64,000 bases of DNA from contig OY759353.1 of assembly GCA_963662315.1 (NCBI GenBank), forward strand, positions 224,001-288,000, given 5' to 3'. The stretch is from Geopsychrobacteraceae bacterium (GTDB lineage: Bacteria; Desulfobacterota; Desulfuromonadia; Desulfuromonadales; Geopsychrobacteraceae). The notes under the pieces are model-generated. The model was not told the DNA's origin. It was given only the letters and a program-made list of their open reading frames with translations, and made no database searches. Below are positions 9,702 to 20,587 of this stretch, piece by piece (positions within the stretch are counted from its first letter, which is position 1; each line of letters opens with the position of its first letter). Made by a program: the position numbers and the translations under genes.

Positions 9702-11054
9702 GTGAAAAAGATAACATTTCTATTCGTGGGGTTATTACTCTTTACCTCATCATTTTCTTTTTGTCAGAATAATGAAGATTCAGCTTCCCCGGAGCCGTTT
9801 TCTCTGTTTGGTCATTTTTTGGAAGATACTCTTGGAGTCAAGGCCTTTGGTTATTTGAAGGTCGGATACTCCAAAAATGACACCAGCACACATTCAGAGT
9901 CAGCAGGTGGAAGTTCAAATCACCCTGTAGCCGGGCCTTCCGACGAACAGCTGCAATTTAATTCGTTCATTGTTGCACTGAACCGTCCTATCAAATCAAG
10001 TATTATTCCCAGGGCAACTCCCTTGCCAGGGCCAAAACCAGAAGAATTTTCCTGGGGATTTTGGACCGAGGTTCTTTATGGCCGAGATGCGTTACCCGCT
10101 CAAAGTTTTGGGTTTGATGATGACTGGGCAGCAAACAAAACTCCTGATGGCGTGGTTGTTGGAAGTAATAGACAGAATTATTTGGCTATGCCTCAGGCCT
10201 TTGTACAGATTTATGCGCCCTTGTACAAGGGGATGGCTCTCACTGTAGGACGGTTTGGTAGCGGCGTGGGGCATGAGATTCCCTCTAGTTGGCGCCCTTC
10301 GCCAAATGTTTTTTACTCACATACCTACACTTTTCTCTCGCAGCCGGACCAGGTTACAGGCGCTCTTCTTTCGGCGAAGCTCATGGAAAATGGTTTTGGA
10401 ATGCTAGCAGGTGAGTTTGGGGTTGTGAATGGTCGTCAGAATTGGCAGGACAATAATGATGATAAGAGTTTTATCGGAGCTTTACGCTGGCGCAGTTCTG
10501 ATATGTCGACCTGGCTGGATTACAGTTTTATGGTTGGCAATGAACAGAATGATCTGAATAAAATATCAGAACCTCAGATGCCGACATCAAGGGTAATTTC
10601 TCCTCGTGGACAGCTGCGTGAGCACCATTCTCTGTCTTTAACTATGCACCCTGTCTCTAAACTCACCACAACTGCCGAGGTCGTTTACGGTAAACAGCAT
10701 GCCGATGGACGTGCCGACACTATCGATGCGTTAACGGGCCCCTACTATGAAGGGGGATCGTATATGGGAGCATACCTGCAGGTTGTCTATGATCACAGTA
10801 AAACTCTTCGCTACGCAATCAGGGGCGAGCATTTCAGAGATCGCAAAAATGTGGCTTTATTTCCCGTAGCCTCCACGCCAGGAGATTTCAACGCGGTTAC
10901 CGCAGGTGTTCAATGGGATGCCCATCCAAACATTTTGATTCGCCCTGAAATTCGCTATGACTGGCAAACCCATAATGATGGTGTGAATGCCTTTGGAAAC
11001 GGAAGGGATGATAAACAAACTACCGTTTCTGTTGATCTCACACTTTATTTCTAA
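9702..11054 (+). CDS. Outer-membrane beta-barrel protein / putative porin
   Basis: Signal peptide from GTG 9702 (GGAG upstream), amphipathic strands, IRPEIRYDW and C-terminal Phe (DLTLYF). Confidence 0.8.
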   Translation: MKKITFLFVGLLLFTSSFSFCQNNEDSASPEPFSLFGHFLEDTLGVKAFGYLKVGYSKNDTSTHSESAGGSSNHPVAGPSDEQLQFNSFIVALNRPIKSSIIPRATPLPGPKPEEFSWGFWTEVLYGRDALPAQSFGFDDDWAANKTPDGVVVGSNRQNYLAMPQAFVQIYAPLYKGMALTVGRFGSGVGHEIPSSWRPSPNVFYSHTYTFLSQPDQVTGALLSAKLMENGFGMLAGEFGVVNGRQNWQDNNDDKSFIGALRWRSSDMSTWLDYSFMVGNEQNDLNKISEPQMPTSRVISPRGQLREHHSLSLTMHPVSKLTTTAEVVYGKQHADGRADTIDALTGPYYEGGSYMGAYLQVVYDHSKTLRYAIRGEHFRDRKNVALFPVASTPGDFNAVTAGVQWDAHPNILIRPEIRYDWQTHNDGVNAFGNGRDDKQTTVSVDLTLYF

Positions 11055-11132
11055 GTGGAAGCCTCATCGTTCGTCTATGTCGTTCGTTATTGAGAAATCG
11101 AAACCGAGCTTATTGGCTCGAAGGAGATAGTT

Positions 11133-12497
11133 ATGGATAGCGCGCAAAAAATTGTTATAGAGGAAGTTGACGAGGTTGAAGAGCAGGAATTGCTTGAACA
11201 TAATGCTCAACTTCAGAGTGAGAATACAAAGATTAATTTTTCTAAGGGTTGGTTGATTATTTTCTATTGCACAGCGATGTTTTTCCTGCTTATCGGTTTT
11301 TCCATCGACGGGTTGAATATCGTTGCGCCTGCATTTTCCAAGGCTTCTGGTATTGAATACTCAGCCGTTCTGGGTGTTTCTGCCATCGCAGGTTTTGCCG
11401 GGCTGATAGCCTACTTTGTTATTGGCCGGTTAAACATCAGGTTTGGAGCCAGGATCATTTCCGGAGTCTGCCTGATTGGCTCAGGAATCTCATACTATTT
11501 CTGGGGCCATGCAACCAGCCTTGTCGGCTATACCATCTCAATGATCTGTGTCGTCAGTTTTATCAACGGCGCATCCTATATTGCTGGAGGAGCCTTGGTC
11601 GCGCAGTGGTTTCCCAAAAAGAAGGGGTTAGTCAACGGCTTTACGACGATGGGTCACAATATGGGCTCAGCTTTTTATGTGCCTCTTATAGCTTTTTTAA
11701 TCGGCGCATATGGCTATCAGTCCGGAATGAGTATGGCATCCGTTCTTGCTGTTATCCTGGGGATATTCGGTCTGATATTTATCCGGAACATGCCTCAGGA
11801 TAGAGGGATGTTGCCGGACAATGTGACCAAAGAAGTATATGAAAAAGAATATTTTACGGCAGAGGTGGAAGATGAGGATTATGGCTGGACAGTTTCTAAA
11901 CTTCTGAAAACAAAAGAGCTTTGGCTTTGTTCGATCATTGTTGGTTTGAATCAACTGGTGACAACCGGTGTTATGAGTCAACTCGTGGTACGCAACAGTG
12001 GGATTGGTTTTGATATTGCGTTTTGTGTCAAGCTGATGACCGTCTGCGCCGTTATCGGTGTCGCAGGAAGTTACCTGTTTGGTTGGATCGATCAGAAATA
12101 TGGCGTCAAAAGATCGATAATGCTGTTCCTTGGCTGGTATATGCTTGCCTTACTGGTCAATATTACCGATACCAAAATGGGGGTTCTTATTTCCGTTCCC
12201 ATGATTGGTGTGGCTATTGGGGCCGCTGCAAACTTCATTATTTCCTTACCTGCCTCAGTCTTTGGGCGTCATGGGTTCGCAAAGGTCTATTCAGTATATT
12301 TCCCGATTATGAGTGCTGTCCTATTCAGTAACTATATAATCAATGCACTGGCATTAAAGATAGGTGGAAGTCTACGGGGTGCTTACATGGTGTTTGTCGT
12401 CTTTCTCCTGATCAATATTGTGCTGATTAAAGTTTTGAATGTCAGAAAGTATAACCGAGATTATATGACCGAGGAAGAGCTGTTTAAGCATAAATAA
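11133..12497 (+). CDS. MFS transporter
   Basis: About 12 hydrophobic segments, GRLNIRFGAR and GWIDQKYGVK motif-A-like loops, QWFPKKKG. Confidence 0.9.
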   Translation: MDSAQKIVIEEVDEVEEQELLEHNAQLQSENTKINFSKGWLIIFYCTAMFFLLIGFSIDGLNIVAPAFSKASGIEYSAVLGVSAIAGFAGLIAYFVIGRLNIRFGARIISGVCLIGSGISYYFWGHATSLVGYTISMICVVSFINGASYIAGGALVAQWFPKKKGLVNGFTTMGHNMGSAFYVPLIAFLIGAYGYQSGMSMASVLAVILGIFGLIFIRNMPQDRGMLPDNVTKEVYEKEYFTAEVEDEDYGWTVSKLLKTKELWLCSIIVGLNQLVTTGVMSQLVVRNSGIGFDIAFCVKLMTVCAVIGVAGSYLFGWIDQKYGVKRSIMLFLGWYMLALLVNITDTKMGVLISVPMIGVAIGAAANFIISLPASVFGRHGFAKVYSVYFPIMSAVLFSNYIINALALKIGGSLRGAYMVFVVFLLINIVLIKVLNVRKYNRDYMTEEELFKHK

Positions 12498-12554
12498 TTG
12501 ATTCATGGTGATGAGCGTAAATTTCAAAATAATCATTAATTGGAGATGTTAAAA

Positions 12555-13721
12555 ATGACCATATTTGAATATGCCCAAACTCCTCCTGTCATATTTGGTG
12601 TTGGTGCGATCAAAAAATTGGATGAAGAGATCAACAAACTTGGTTGCAAAAAGATTCTTTGCGTTTTCGATGATGGCGTAAAAAAAGCGGGGATCAGTGG
12701 GCAGGTTGAAAAAGTTTTACAGGATGCGGATATTGAGTATCTGGTTTTCGATAATGTTATGGCCGATCCACCAGATACCATGCTGGATGAGATGGGGCTG
12801 GCTGCCAGAGAAGCTGAAATTGATTGTGTTGTCGGGATTGGCGGTGGCTCAAGTATGGACACAGCAAAAGCTATTTCAATTTTGCAAAAGCATGATTTTC
12901 CGATTCGTCAACATCTTAATACCGATGGTCCTCCGTTCACTCTGGCTGGTGGGGTACCGGTTATTCTGGTTCCGACTTCCTCCGGTACCGGTAGCGAAGT
13001 GACTCGGATGTGTATTGTTTCCTATGTTGATATCAATGCCAAAATACCAATTTTCACCTCTGGAACTCTTGCTATTGTTGATCCCGAGCTGAGCAAGAGT
13101 GCGCCGGCTGGAGTCACGGCCAACACTGGCCTCGATGCTTTTGCTCACGCAGCGGAGGCGATTACTGCTAATAACGGTAACCCTTATTCCGAGGTCTTGG
13201 CGATTGAGGCTATAAAACGTATCGCCAAATATCTTCCTGTCGCCTATGCCGATGGAAACAATATCGAAGCCCGCACAGAAATGAGTCTGGCCGCAAACTG
13301 GGCAGGGATCGCTTTTTCCATTACTGATGTTCATATCGGACATGCAAGTGCCGACTCAATTGCGGCCAACTACCACACACCTCATGGCCTCAATTGTGCC
13401 TGGGTCACTCCTTCTGTCCTGCAGCTCGTCGCAACCAAGGTACCGGAGAAGGTAAAACTTATCGGTGAAGCTTTGGGAGTTGATCTGTCCGGCAACGAAA
13501 CCCCAGAAGAGATTGGCAAAAAAACGGCTGATGCTTGCCGCAATCTCATGAAAAGAGTTGGCGTCAAAAGTCTCGAAGAGTGTGAATTTGACAGAAATGT
13601 CATTGTTTCTAAAGGTGCTGCGTATACAGCTAATCACCCTCTGAGATTCAATTGCCCGGTTGAAATTGATGAAGCTGCCGCCTCGTATATACTGAGTTCA
13701 GCCTACGACGACTACAAATAA
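12555..13721 (+). CDS. Iron-containing alcohol dehydrogenase
   Basis: GGGSSMDTAK, PTSSGTGSEVT, GLDAFAHAAE, HIGH...PHG metal ligands. Confidence 0.92.
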   Translation: MTIFEYAQTPPVIFGVGAIKKLDEEINKLGCKKILCVFDDGVKKAGISGQVEKVLQDADIEYLVFDNVMADPPDTMLDEMGLAAREAEIDCVVGIGGGSSMDTAKAISILQKHDFPIRQHLNTDGPPFTLAGGVPVILVPTSSGTGSEVTRMCIVSYVDINAKIPIFTSGTLAIVDPELSKSAPAGVTANTGLDAFAHAAEAITANNGNPYSEVLAIEAIKRIAKYLPVAYADGNNIEARTEMSLAANWAGIAFSITDVHIGHASADSIAANYHTPHGLNCAWVTPSVLQLVATKVPEKVKLIGEALGVDLSGNETPEEIGKKTADACRNLMKRVGVKSLEECEFDRNVIVSKGAAYTANHPLRFNCPVEIDEAAASYILSSAYDDYK

Positions 13722-13791
13722 AGGGGATGGCCGATGACATAGTTGTCGCCATGATCCAGAGTTAAAATTTTTTATATGGATAGGAGAAAAC

Positions 13792-15252
13792 ATGGAATTG
13801 CTCAGTACGTATGGATCTTTCATTAACGGATCATTTGTCGAAAAAACGACAGAAAAAATTATTTCCGATTATAACCCCACAAATGGCGAACTTTTGGCCC
13901 AGCTGATGACCGCGGATGTTGACTGTTTGGAGGATGCCGTCACCAGCTCTCAAAATGCATTAAAAGAATGGCGAAAGACGACCAAAGCCTATAGAGCAAA
14001 AGTACTGAACGAGATGGCTGATATCGTGGATGCGAATGCTTCTTTTCTGGCAGAAATTGAGGCGCGCGACGTTGGCAAACCCATTGGAGAAGCAACAATG
14101 CAAATGGGTATGTGCAGTTCCATGTATCGTTACTTTGCAGCGGCGATTATTGCCGAAGATGATATTCTTGTAAGCCATGATAATGGCAGCATTTCCGCAG
14201 TCGTGCGCGAACCTCTCGGCGTTGTCGGCCTGATTTTGCCATGGAATGCACCGGCCATGCTGCTGTCCTGGAAACTGGCTCCAGCACTGGCAACTGGGAA
14301 TTGTGTCATCATTAAGCCGGCAACCGCGGCTCCTCTGGTAATCCTTGAATTGGCCAGATTGTGGAAGGATGTCATTCCTGCCGGGGTACTGAATGTTCTC
14401 ATTGGCAGCGCCGTAGGTGAACCCATGCTGCACCACCCCGGCATTTCTAAGTTTTCATTTACCGGATCGACAGAAGTCGGAAGTCATATTGGCGAAGTTG
14501 CGGGAAGAAACATTGTCCCCTGTACTTTGGAGCTGGGTGGAAAATCGGCAAATATTATTTTCGAAGATGCCCAGTTGGATCGCGCTTTACAGCTTTCTAT
14601 CCTAGGGGTTTTGGCCTCCAATGGTGAAGTGTGTGTCGCTGGCTCTCGTCTTTTTGTGCATGAGAGCATCTATGATTCCTTTTTGGAAAAATTAAAGGAA
14701 AAGTTCGAATCGATCACTGTTGGCGATCCAACTAAATACGAGACTCAAATGGGACCAGCGGTTAATGAAGGTCAAATGAAGAGTGTTCTCGAGTATATTG
14801 AAATCGGTAAAAGCGAGGGGGCAAGGTTGGTATGTGGTGGTAAGCGCTTAACGGGTGGCGATTATGATAAAGGTTATTTTATTGCTCCGACCATTTTTGC
14901 CGATGTGGATAATACCATGCGAATTGCACGTGAGGAAATCTTTGGACCTGTTTTGACTGTGCTGAAGTTTAAAACAGAAGAAGACGTCATTAAAATGGCT
15001 AATGATTCAGATTATGGGCTTGGAGCCGGGGTTTGGACAACAAATCTTAGTCGTGCCATGAGGGTTTCACGTGCTTTGGACGCTGGTACGGTCTGGGTTA
15101 ATGATTACCTGACCTCAACACCAGGAAATCCTTTTGGTGGCTATAAAAAATCCGGTATCGGTAGAGAGATTCATAAACTTGCGATGCAGTATTACACCAA
15201 TGTCAAAAACATCTGCTTTTGTGGTGACGAAGGTGTTCCGCCAATCTTTTAA
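13792..15252 (+). CDS. NAD(P)-dependent aldehyde dehydrogenase
   Basis: PWNAP, FTGSTEVG, LELGGKS, GEVCVAG (catalytic Cys), EEIFGPV. Confidence 0.95.
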   Translation: MELLSTYGSFINGSFVEKTTEKIISDYNPTNGELLAQLMTADVDCLEDAVTSSQNALKEWRKTTKAYRAKVLNEMADIVDANASFLAEIEARDVGKPIGEATMQMGMCSSMYRYFAAAIIAEDDILVSHDNGSISAVVREPLGVVGLILPWNAPAMLLSWKLAPALATGNCVIIKPATAAPLVILELARLWKDVIPAGVLNVLIGSAVGEPMLHHPGISKFSFTGSTEVGSHIGEVAGRNIVPCTLELGGKSANIIFEDAQLDRALQLSILGVLASNGEVCVAGSRLFVHESIYDSFLEKLKEKFESITVGDPTKYETQMGPAVNEGQMKSVLEYIEIGKSEGARLVCGGKRLTGGDYDKGYFIAPTIFADVDNTMRIAREEIFGPVLTVLKFKTEEDVIKMANDSDYGLGAGVWTTNLSRAMRVSRALDAGTVWVNDYLTSTPGNPFGGYKKSGIGREIHKLAMQYYTNVKNICFCGDEGVPPIF

Positions 15253-15266
15253 ATTGATCTATTTGT

Positions 15267-15300
15267 CGGAGCGCCCTCTCTGTTCCGGGTGGGCGCTCCG
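15267..15300 (+). terminator. Intergenic hairpin between ALDH and thiolase
   Basis: CGGAGCGCCC...GGGCGCTCCG 10-bp stem. Confidence 0.45.
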
Positions 15301-15338
15301 GCCTATTTTGTTCAGGAACGTTTAAGGAATCAATCCAT

Positions 15339-16541
15339 ATGCGTAATGTTGTCATAGTAGAGGCCTGCCGTACTGCGGTAGGTAAATTCGGGGGAACACT
15401 CAAACCACTGCAGGCGGAAGACCTTGCTCTTGCCGTTATGAAGGGGGCACTTGAGCGCAGTGGTTTAGACCCAAAAGAAATCGACGAAGTTGTTATTGGG
15501 CAGTGCCGTCAGTCTTCCGATAGCTCCAATATCGCGCGTGTTGCGGCTTTACGCGCTGGTATTCCTGAAGAGACGCCTGCCAATACCGTTATGTGTGCTT
15601 GTGCTTCCGGCATGCTGGCTGCCAACAATGCCGCCAACTCCATTATGGTTGGACAGAATGATGTTGTCCTTGCCGGCGGTACCGAGCATATGACCAATGG
15701 CATTTTTTATTTAAGCAATGCCCGGTGGGGAGTGGGCACCGGCAGTACCGAATTTAAGGATTGCCTGACCGAGGCGCAATTCACATCGCAGCCGCAGGAC
15801 CTTTATGGTCGATTCAATATGGGGATGACGGCGGAGAATGTCGCCGAGAAGATGGGCATTTCCCGGGAAGATCAGGATGCCTTTGCAGTGCTGTCGCAAG
15901 AGCGAGCAGCGAAAGCAATTGCCGATGGGCGTTTTAAGGATGAAATCATTCCTCTTAGCGTGCCTCAAGGCCGCAAGCAGGATTCTGTTATTTTCGACAC
16001 CGACGAATTTCCTAGGCTTTCATCTCTGGCGGCCCTGGCTAAGTTGAAACCAGCGTTTAAAAAGGATGGTTGTGTCACAGCGGGCAATGCCTCCGGCCGT
16101 AACGATGGCGCTTCCATTTTATTGATGATGGCTGCGGACAAAGCCGCTGCGCTCGGCATGAAGCCGCTGGCCAAAGTTCGTGCCATTGCCGCCGCTGGTG
16201 TTGACCCACGTTATATGGGGATAGGTCCCGTTCCGGCCACCAGAAAGGCTCTACAGATGGCTGGACTTAGCCTGGATGATGTCGAACTTATTGAGCTTAA
16301 TGAGGCCTTCGCAGCCCAGTCTCTTGGCTGCATCCGAGAACTCGGTCTCGATCATAAAATGGATATCATTAATGTCAATGGAGGAGCCATTGCTCTAGGT
16401 CATCCGATTGGTTCTTCTGGTAGCCGGATTATGGTGAGCTTAATCCATGAGATGCGTAAACGGCATTTGAATATAGGCCTGGCCACCCTCTGTATTGCTG
16501 GAGGTATGGGGATGGCTGCTGTCTTGGAGACGACCTGTTAA
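15339..16541 (+). CDS. Acetyl-CoA C-acyltransferase (thiolase)
   Basis: [29 protein letters not shown]. Confidence 0.95.
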   Translation: MRNVVIVEACRTAVGKFGGTLKPLQAEDLALAVMKGALERSGLDPKEIDEVVIGQCRQSSDSSNIARVAALRAGIPEETPANTVMCACASGMLAANNAANSIMVGQNDVVLAGGTEHMTNGIFYLSNARWGVGTGSTEFKDCLTEAQFTSQPQDLYGRFNMGMTAENVAEKMGISREDQDAFAVLSQERAAKAIADGRFKDEIIPLSVPQGRKQDSVIFDTDEFPRLSSLAALAKLKPAFKKDGCVTAGNASGRNDGASILLMMAADKAAALGMKPLAKVRAIAAAGVDPRYMGIGPVPATRKALQMAGLSLDDVELIELNEAFAAQSLGCIRELGLDHKMDIINVNGGAIALGHPIGSSGSRIMVSLIHEMRKRHLNIGLATLCIAGGMGMAAVLETTC

Positions 16542-16623
16542 GAAAAAACAAGGCTAATTGGCCTAACCGTAACGCCAGCGGAAGAACGTTGCCTTTGAAC
16601 AATATACTTATGGGATTCACCGG

Positions 16624-17535
16624 TTATGTTTTTGCTGGTGAATCACTTTCATCAAGAAGATATTCTCTGAGAATGCCGATAAAGCTTTCTACCATCCGTT
16701 TAGGATAGGGCGTGAGACGATAAGAGATACCAGCGGAAGAATCCCAAAAGGTTCCTTTGTGAGGAATTTGGGCTATGTCAAATTTTGCCGCGTCTTCTAG
16801 CATACGTTCAGGTATGTGCGCTAGAAATTTTCCGGTACTAAGAATTTTCATCATGGCTATCGGATTTGTCTCAATTGCCAGGTTCGGAGGCTCAAGTCCG
16901 TTAGCAGAAAAGAAAGATCTGATTCTGCGGTCGCCAACATTGTCTTTGGTCAGGACAACCCAGGGATAAGCTTTGAGCTCCTCGGCGCTGACGGTTTCCT
17001 GCTGCGCTAAGGGGTGATTTACTGAGGCAACAACAACATGCTGAATATTGATTAAGTTTTCAGTCACGATTTCAGAATGACCGGAAAAGTCCAGACTCGT
17101 ACAAGCCAGGTCGATTTTCCCCTCAAGTAACCCCGATTGAATAGTATCAATGACTCCTAGCTCCAATTTAATATGGATATTAGGGTACTGGCTGTGAAAC
17201 TTAGCTAAAACCGGAGGTAGAATAGTTGTCATCCAAACGGGGCCTGCTGCGATCCTCAAGATCCCGGCAATTCCGGTCTGAATGGCTTTGATTTCAGCAA
17301 GAGCGTGACGATACTCCAAATCCATCAAACGCGCCCGCCGGGCAAGAGCTTCTCCTTCCAGGGTCAGGATGACCCCTTTCTGATGCCGTTCAAAAAGAGG
17401 AACACCAATATCTTTTTCAAGTTGCTTAATACTTTTGGTTAGAGCTGGTTGGCTAATGTGCAATGCATCGGCTGCAGCTGTTACGTTATGGTGTTCAGCA
17501 ACCGCCAAAAAGTGTTTCAAGATACGTGACTGCAT
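16624..17535 (-). CDS. LysR-family transcriptional regulator
   Basis: N-terminal wHTH (TAAADALHISQPALTKSIKQLE) and substrate-binding domain. Start placed at ATG 17535; the ORF opens at 17580. Confidence 0.93.
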   Translation of the reverse strand: MQSRILKHFLAVAEHHNVTAAADALHISQPALTKSIKQLEKDIGVPLFERHQKGVILTLEGEALARRARLMDLEYRHALAEIKAIQTGIAGILRIAAGPVWMTTILPPVLAKFHSQYPNIHIKLELGVIDTIQSGLLEGKIDLACTSLDFSGHSEIVTENLINIQHVVVASVNHPLAQQETVSAEELKAYPWVVLTKDNVGDRRIRSFFSANGLEPPNLAIETNPIAMMKILSTGKFLAHIPERMLEDAAKFDIAQIPHKGTFWDSSAGISYRLTPYPKRMVESFIGILREYLLDESDSPAKT

Positions 17536-17590
17536 ATAAACAACCTTGTGTTTTTGGTAAGTAGCTAAAATAATAAACATTCAGTAGTAT

Positions 17591-17630
17591 ATAACAAAAA
17601 GTTATGGATTTGGAGAAAACTTGTATTAGC
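17591..17630 (+). promoter_or_regulatory. Operator-like motif copy 3, in the divergent lysR/thiolase promoter
   Basis: ATAAC-AAAAA-GTTAT-GGA...TATTAG; the classic position for LysR autoregulation. Confidence 0.75.
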
Positions 17631-17714
17631 GCCGAGAAAGTCAATTCTTTAATATTCACAGGGGCATAAAAATGAATCTTACATAGAGAGATCTTAAAAT
17701 AAGTGGATGGGTGT

Positions 17715-18893
17715 ATGAAAGATATCTATATCGTTGGAGCTGTACGGACCGCAGTTGGAAATTTTAGCGGTTCTTTGGCTGGAATGAGTTCCGTGGAGTT
17801 AGGCAAGACCGCTGTTGTGGAAGCATTAAAACGTTCCGGTGTTGCTGCCGATGCCGTCGATGAAGTTATTATGGGCTGTGTGCTGCAATCCGGCAGTGGT
17901 CAGAATGTTGCCCGTCAGGTGCTGATTGCGGCAGGCATCCCGCAGGACAAGTGTGCCCAGACCCTGAATATGGTCTGTGGCTCCGGTTTGCGCACGGTTG
18001 CTGCCGCGGCGCAGGCCATTGCCGCGGGAGACTCAAGACTTGTTGTTGCTGGTGGTAGCGAGAATATGAGCATGGCGAACTACCTGCTGCCCAAAGCCCG
18101 TAACGGTTACCGCATGGGGAATGGCGAGATTGTCGACTCCATGGTTCATGACGGGCTGACGGATATCTTCAATCACTACCATATGGGGATCACCGCCGAG
18201 AACCTGGCAGAAAAGTACGCCTTAAGCCGTGAAGATCAGGATGCTTTTTCGGCGCTCAGCCAGCAACGGGCCGAAGCGGCCATTACGGCGGGTCGGTTCA
18301 AAGACGAGATCGTGCCGGTGCAGATTCCGCAGCGTAAAGGCGATCCTGTTGTTTTTGATACGGATGAATTCCCCCGTTTCGGTACAACCGCTGCATCCCT
18401 CGGCAAACTGCGTCCCGCCTTTAAAAAAGACGGCACCGTTACCGCCGGGAATGCCTCCGGTGTCAATGACGGCGCGGCCGCCATCGTTGTTGCCGGAGCG
18501 GACGCCGTCAGCGCAAAAAACCTGACACCCCTGGCGCGGATCGTCTCCTACGGCTGGCATGGTTGTGATCCGGCCATCATGGGGATCGGCCCGGTCGAAG
18601 CGACGCGGCTGGCCCTGAAAAAAGCCGGTTGGACGGTGGGTGATCTCGACCTGATCGAAGCCAACGAAGCCTTTGCTGCCCAGTCGTTGTCGGTGATGAA
18701 AGAACTGGAGCTTGATCCGGCCATCACCAACGTCAATGGCGGCGCCATCGCCCTTGGCCATCCCATCGGGGCCTCCGGAGCCCGGATCCTGACCACGCTG
18801 CTGTACGAAATGCAAAAGCGCGATGCCAAGAAAGGTCTGGCGACCTTGTGTATTGGTGGCGGCATGGGCATCGCCATGTGCGTAGAACGCTAA
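17715..18893 (+). CDS. atoB: Acetyl-CoA acetyltransferase (thiolase II, AtoB/Thl-like)
   Basis: [28 protein letters not shown]; co-transcribed with CoA transferase subunits. Confidence 0.9.
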   Translation: MKDIYIVGAVRTAVGNFSGSLAGMSSVELGKTAVVEALKRSGVAADAVDEVIMGCVLQSGSGQNVARQVLIAAGIPQDKCAQTLNMVCGSGLRTVAAAAQAIAAGDSRLVVAGGSENMSMANYLLPKARNGYRMGNGEIVDSMVHDGLTDIFNHYHMGITAENLAEKYALSREDQDAFSALSQQRAEAAITAGRFKDEIVPVQIPQRKGDPVVFDTDEFPRFGTTAASLGKLRPAFKKDGTVTAGNASGVNDGAAAIVVAGADAVSAKNLTPLARIVSYGWHGCDPAIMGIGPVEATRLALKKAGWTVGDLDLIEANEAFAAQSLSVMKELELDPAITNVNGGAIALGHPIGASGARILTTLLYEMQKRDAKKGLATLCIGGGMGIAMCVER

Positions 18894-18904
18894 GGGAGAT
18901 CATC

Positions 18905-19603
18905 ATGAACAAAGAAGTGACAATCGTCGAGGCCATGACGCATATCAAAAGCGGCATGACCATCATGAGTAATGGTTTTATGGGGGTCAAAAGCCCCGAA
19001 ACCATTATCGACGCCATGGTCGAACAGGGGATTAGCGACATCACCCTGATCTCCACCGACACCGCCGTACCGGGTGTCGCCACGGGGAAGTTGATCGGCA
19101 ACAAGCGGGTAAAAAAACTCTATGCCTCCCATATTGGTCTCAATCCCGAATCGGGCGCTCAGATGAATGCCGGGGAGATGGAGGTTGAACTGGTACCGCA
19201 AGGCACCCTGGCCGAGCGGATCCGCTGCGGGGGGGCCGGTCTCGGCGGCGTTCTGACCCCGACGGGAATCGGGACCGAAGTTGAAAAGGGGAAACAGAAA
19301 CTGACCGTGGGCGGCACAGAGTATTTGCTGGAACTGCCGCTGCATGCCGATGTCGCCATCATCAAAGGGACCATCTGCGATCGGGCCGGAAACGTCTTTT
19401 ACCGTGGCACCTCCAAAAACTTCAGCCTCGTCATGGCGATGGCAGCCGATTACGTCATCGTCGAAGCGGACAAGATCGTCGAAGTGGGAGAGCTTGGCCC
19501 CGAACAGATCATGACCCCCGGAGTGTTTGTCGATGCCGTCGTGCTGTCGGAGCCACAATACCGGATAGCTGAAGAGAAACTGCAGGAGGTCCTCCATGGC
19601 TGA
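18905..19603 (+). CDS. atoD: 3-oxoacid (acetoacetate) CoA-transferase subunit A
   Basis: PQGTLAERIRCGGAGLGGVLTPTG signature; ATG 18905 after GGGAG. Confidence 0.9.
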   Translation: MNKEVTIVEAMTHIKSGMTIMSNGFMGVKSPETIIDAMVEQGISDITLISTDTAVPGVATGKLIGNKRVKKLYASHIGLNPESGAQMNAGEMEVELVPQGTLAERIRCGGAGLGGVLTPTGIGTEVEKGKQKLTVGGTEYLLELPLHADVAIIKGTICDRAGNVFYRGTSKNFSLVMAMAADYVIVEADKIVEVGELGPEQIMTPGVFVDAVVLSEPQYRIAEEKLQEVLHG

Positions 19604-20231
19604 GCTGAGCGATAAAGAGATCATTGCCAAACGCGCCGCGCAGGAACTGCAAGACGGCGACGTGATCAACCTGGGCATCGGACTGCCGACCCTGGTTTCC
19701 AACTATGTCCCGGACGGGGTGCACATCACCCTGCATGCCGAAAACGGTATCCTCGGGATGGGTCCCCTATGCGCGCCCGGAGAAGAAGACAGCGACATCA
19801 TCAATGCCGGTAACCAGCACGTACATATCCTGACCGGAGCGAGCTTCTTTGACAGCGCCACCTCCTTCGCCATCATCCGTGGCGGTCATGTTGATGTGAC
19901 GATTTTAGGAGCCCTGCAGGTCGACCAGCAGGGGAATATCGCCAGTCACGTTGTGCCGGGTAAAATGGTGCCGGGGATGGGAGGAGCGATGGATCTGGTG
20001 GCCGGAGCCAAGAAGGTCATTGTCGCCATGCAGCATACGGCAAAAGGGACTCCCAAGATCATGAAGCAGTGCACCCTGCCGCTGACCGGGGTGACATGCG
20101 TCGACATGATCATTACCGAAAAGGCCGTTTTTGAAGTGACAGACAAAGGGCTTGAACTAAAAGAGATCATGCCCGGCTCCTCCTTGGAGGATATTCAGCA
20201 GTTCACTGAAGCAGACATTGTACTTGAGTAG
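19596..20231 (+). CDS. atoA: 3-oxoacid (acetoacetate) CoA-transferase subunit B
   Basis: INLGIGLPT, AENG (catalytic Glu), GMGGAMDL; overlaps subunit A. Confidence 0.9.
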   Translation: MAELSDKEIIAKRAAQELQDGDVINLGIGLPTLVSNYVPDGVHITLHAENGILGMGPLCAPGEEDSDIINAGNQHVHILTGASFFDSATSFAIIRGGHVDVTILGALQVDQQGNIASHVVPGKMVPGMGGAMDLVAGAKKVIVAMQHTAKGTPKIMKQCTLPLTGVTCVDMIITEKAVFEVTDKGLELKEIMPGSSLEDIQQFTEADIVLE

Positions 20232-20432
20232 ATCTCTCTGCTAATTGTTCCCAACCCAAAAGGTTATTTCCGTAAGAAGGAATTCTTTTGGGTTGTTTTC
20301 CCTATGGCCCCTGTGGGGCCATTTTGCTTTCTTCCTTTTTAAAGACTGCCTCTTGTTGCCTGTCAAACTCAATGCCCTGTGTTTTATCCAGCGCCGATCC
20401 GTAACATATTGAAAAATATGTAGATAATTTCC

Positions 20433-20472
20433 ATAACCAAAAGATATGGACTTGGTGGAAAGTTGTATTAGT
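20433..20472 (+). promoter_or_regulatory. Operator-like motif copy 4, upstream of the cupin-HAD-BKACE-SDR operon
   Basis: ATAAC-CAAAA-GATAT-GGA...TATTAG with the same spacing. Confidence 0.7.
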
Positions 20473-20587
20473 CATCAACAAAATGGTTGGATAAATTCTT
20501 TTTATAAAAGATTTGAATACTTAAAGATCGTTTTAAGGTTGTGAATTTTTGTTGTCAGATTTTATCAAATCTAGAAAAGAGGAACCA

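Noticed and set aside
18222..19702. Long minus-strand ORFs (18222-18815, 18890-19702)
   Set aside because: Antisense to GC-rich thiolase and CoA-transferase genes; no recognisable motifs.
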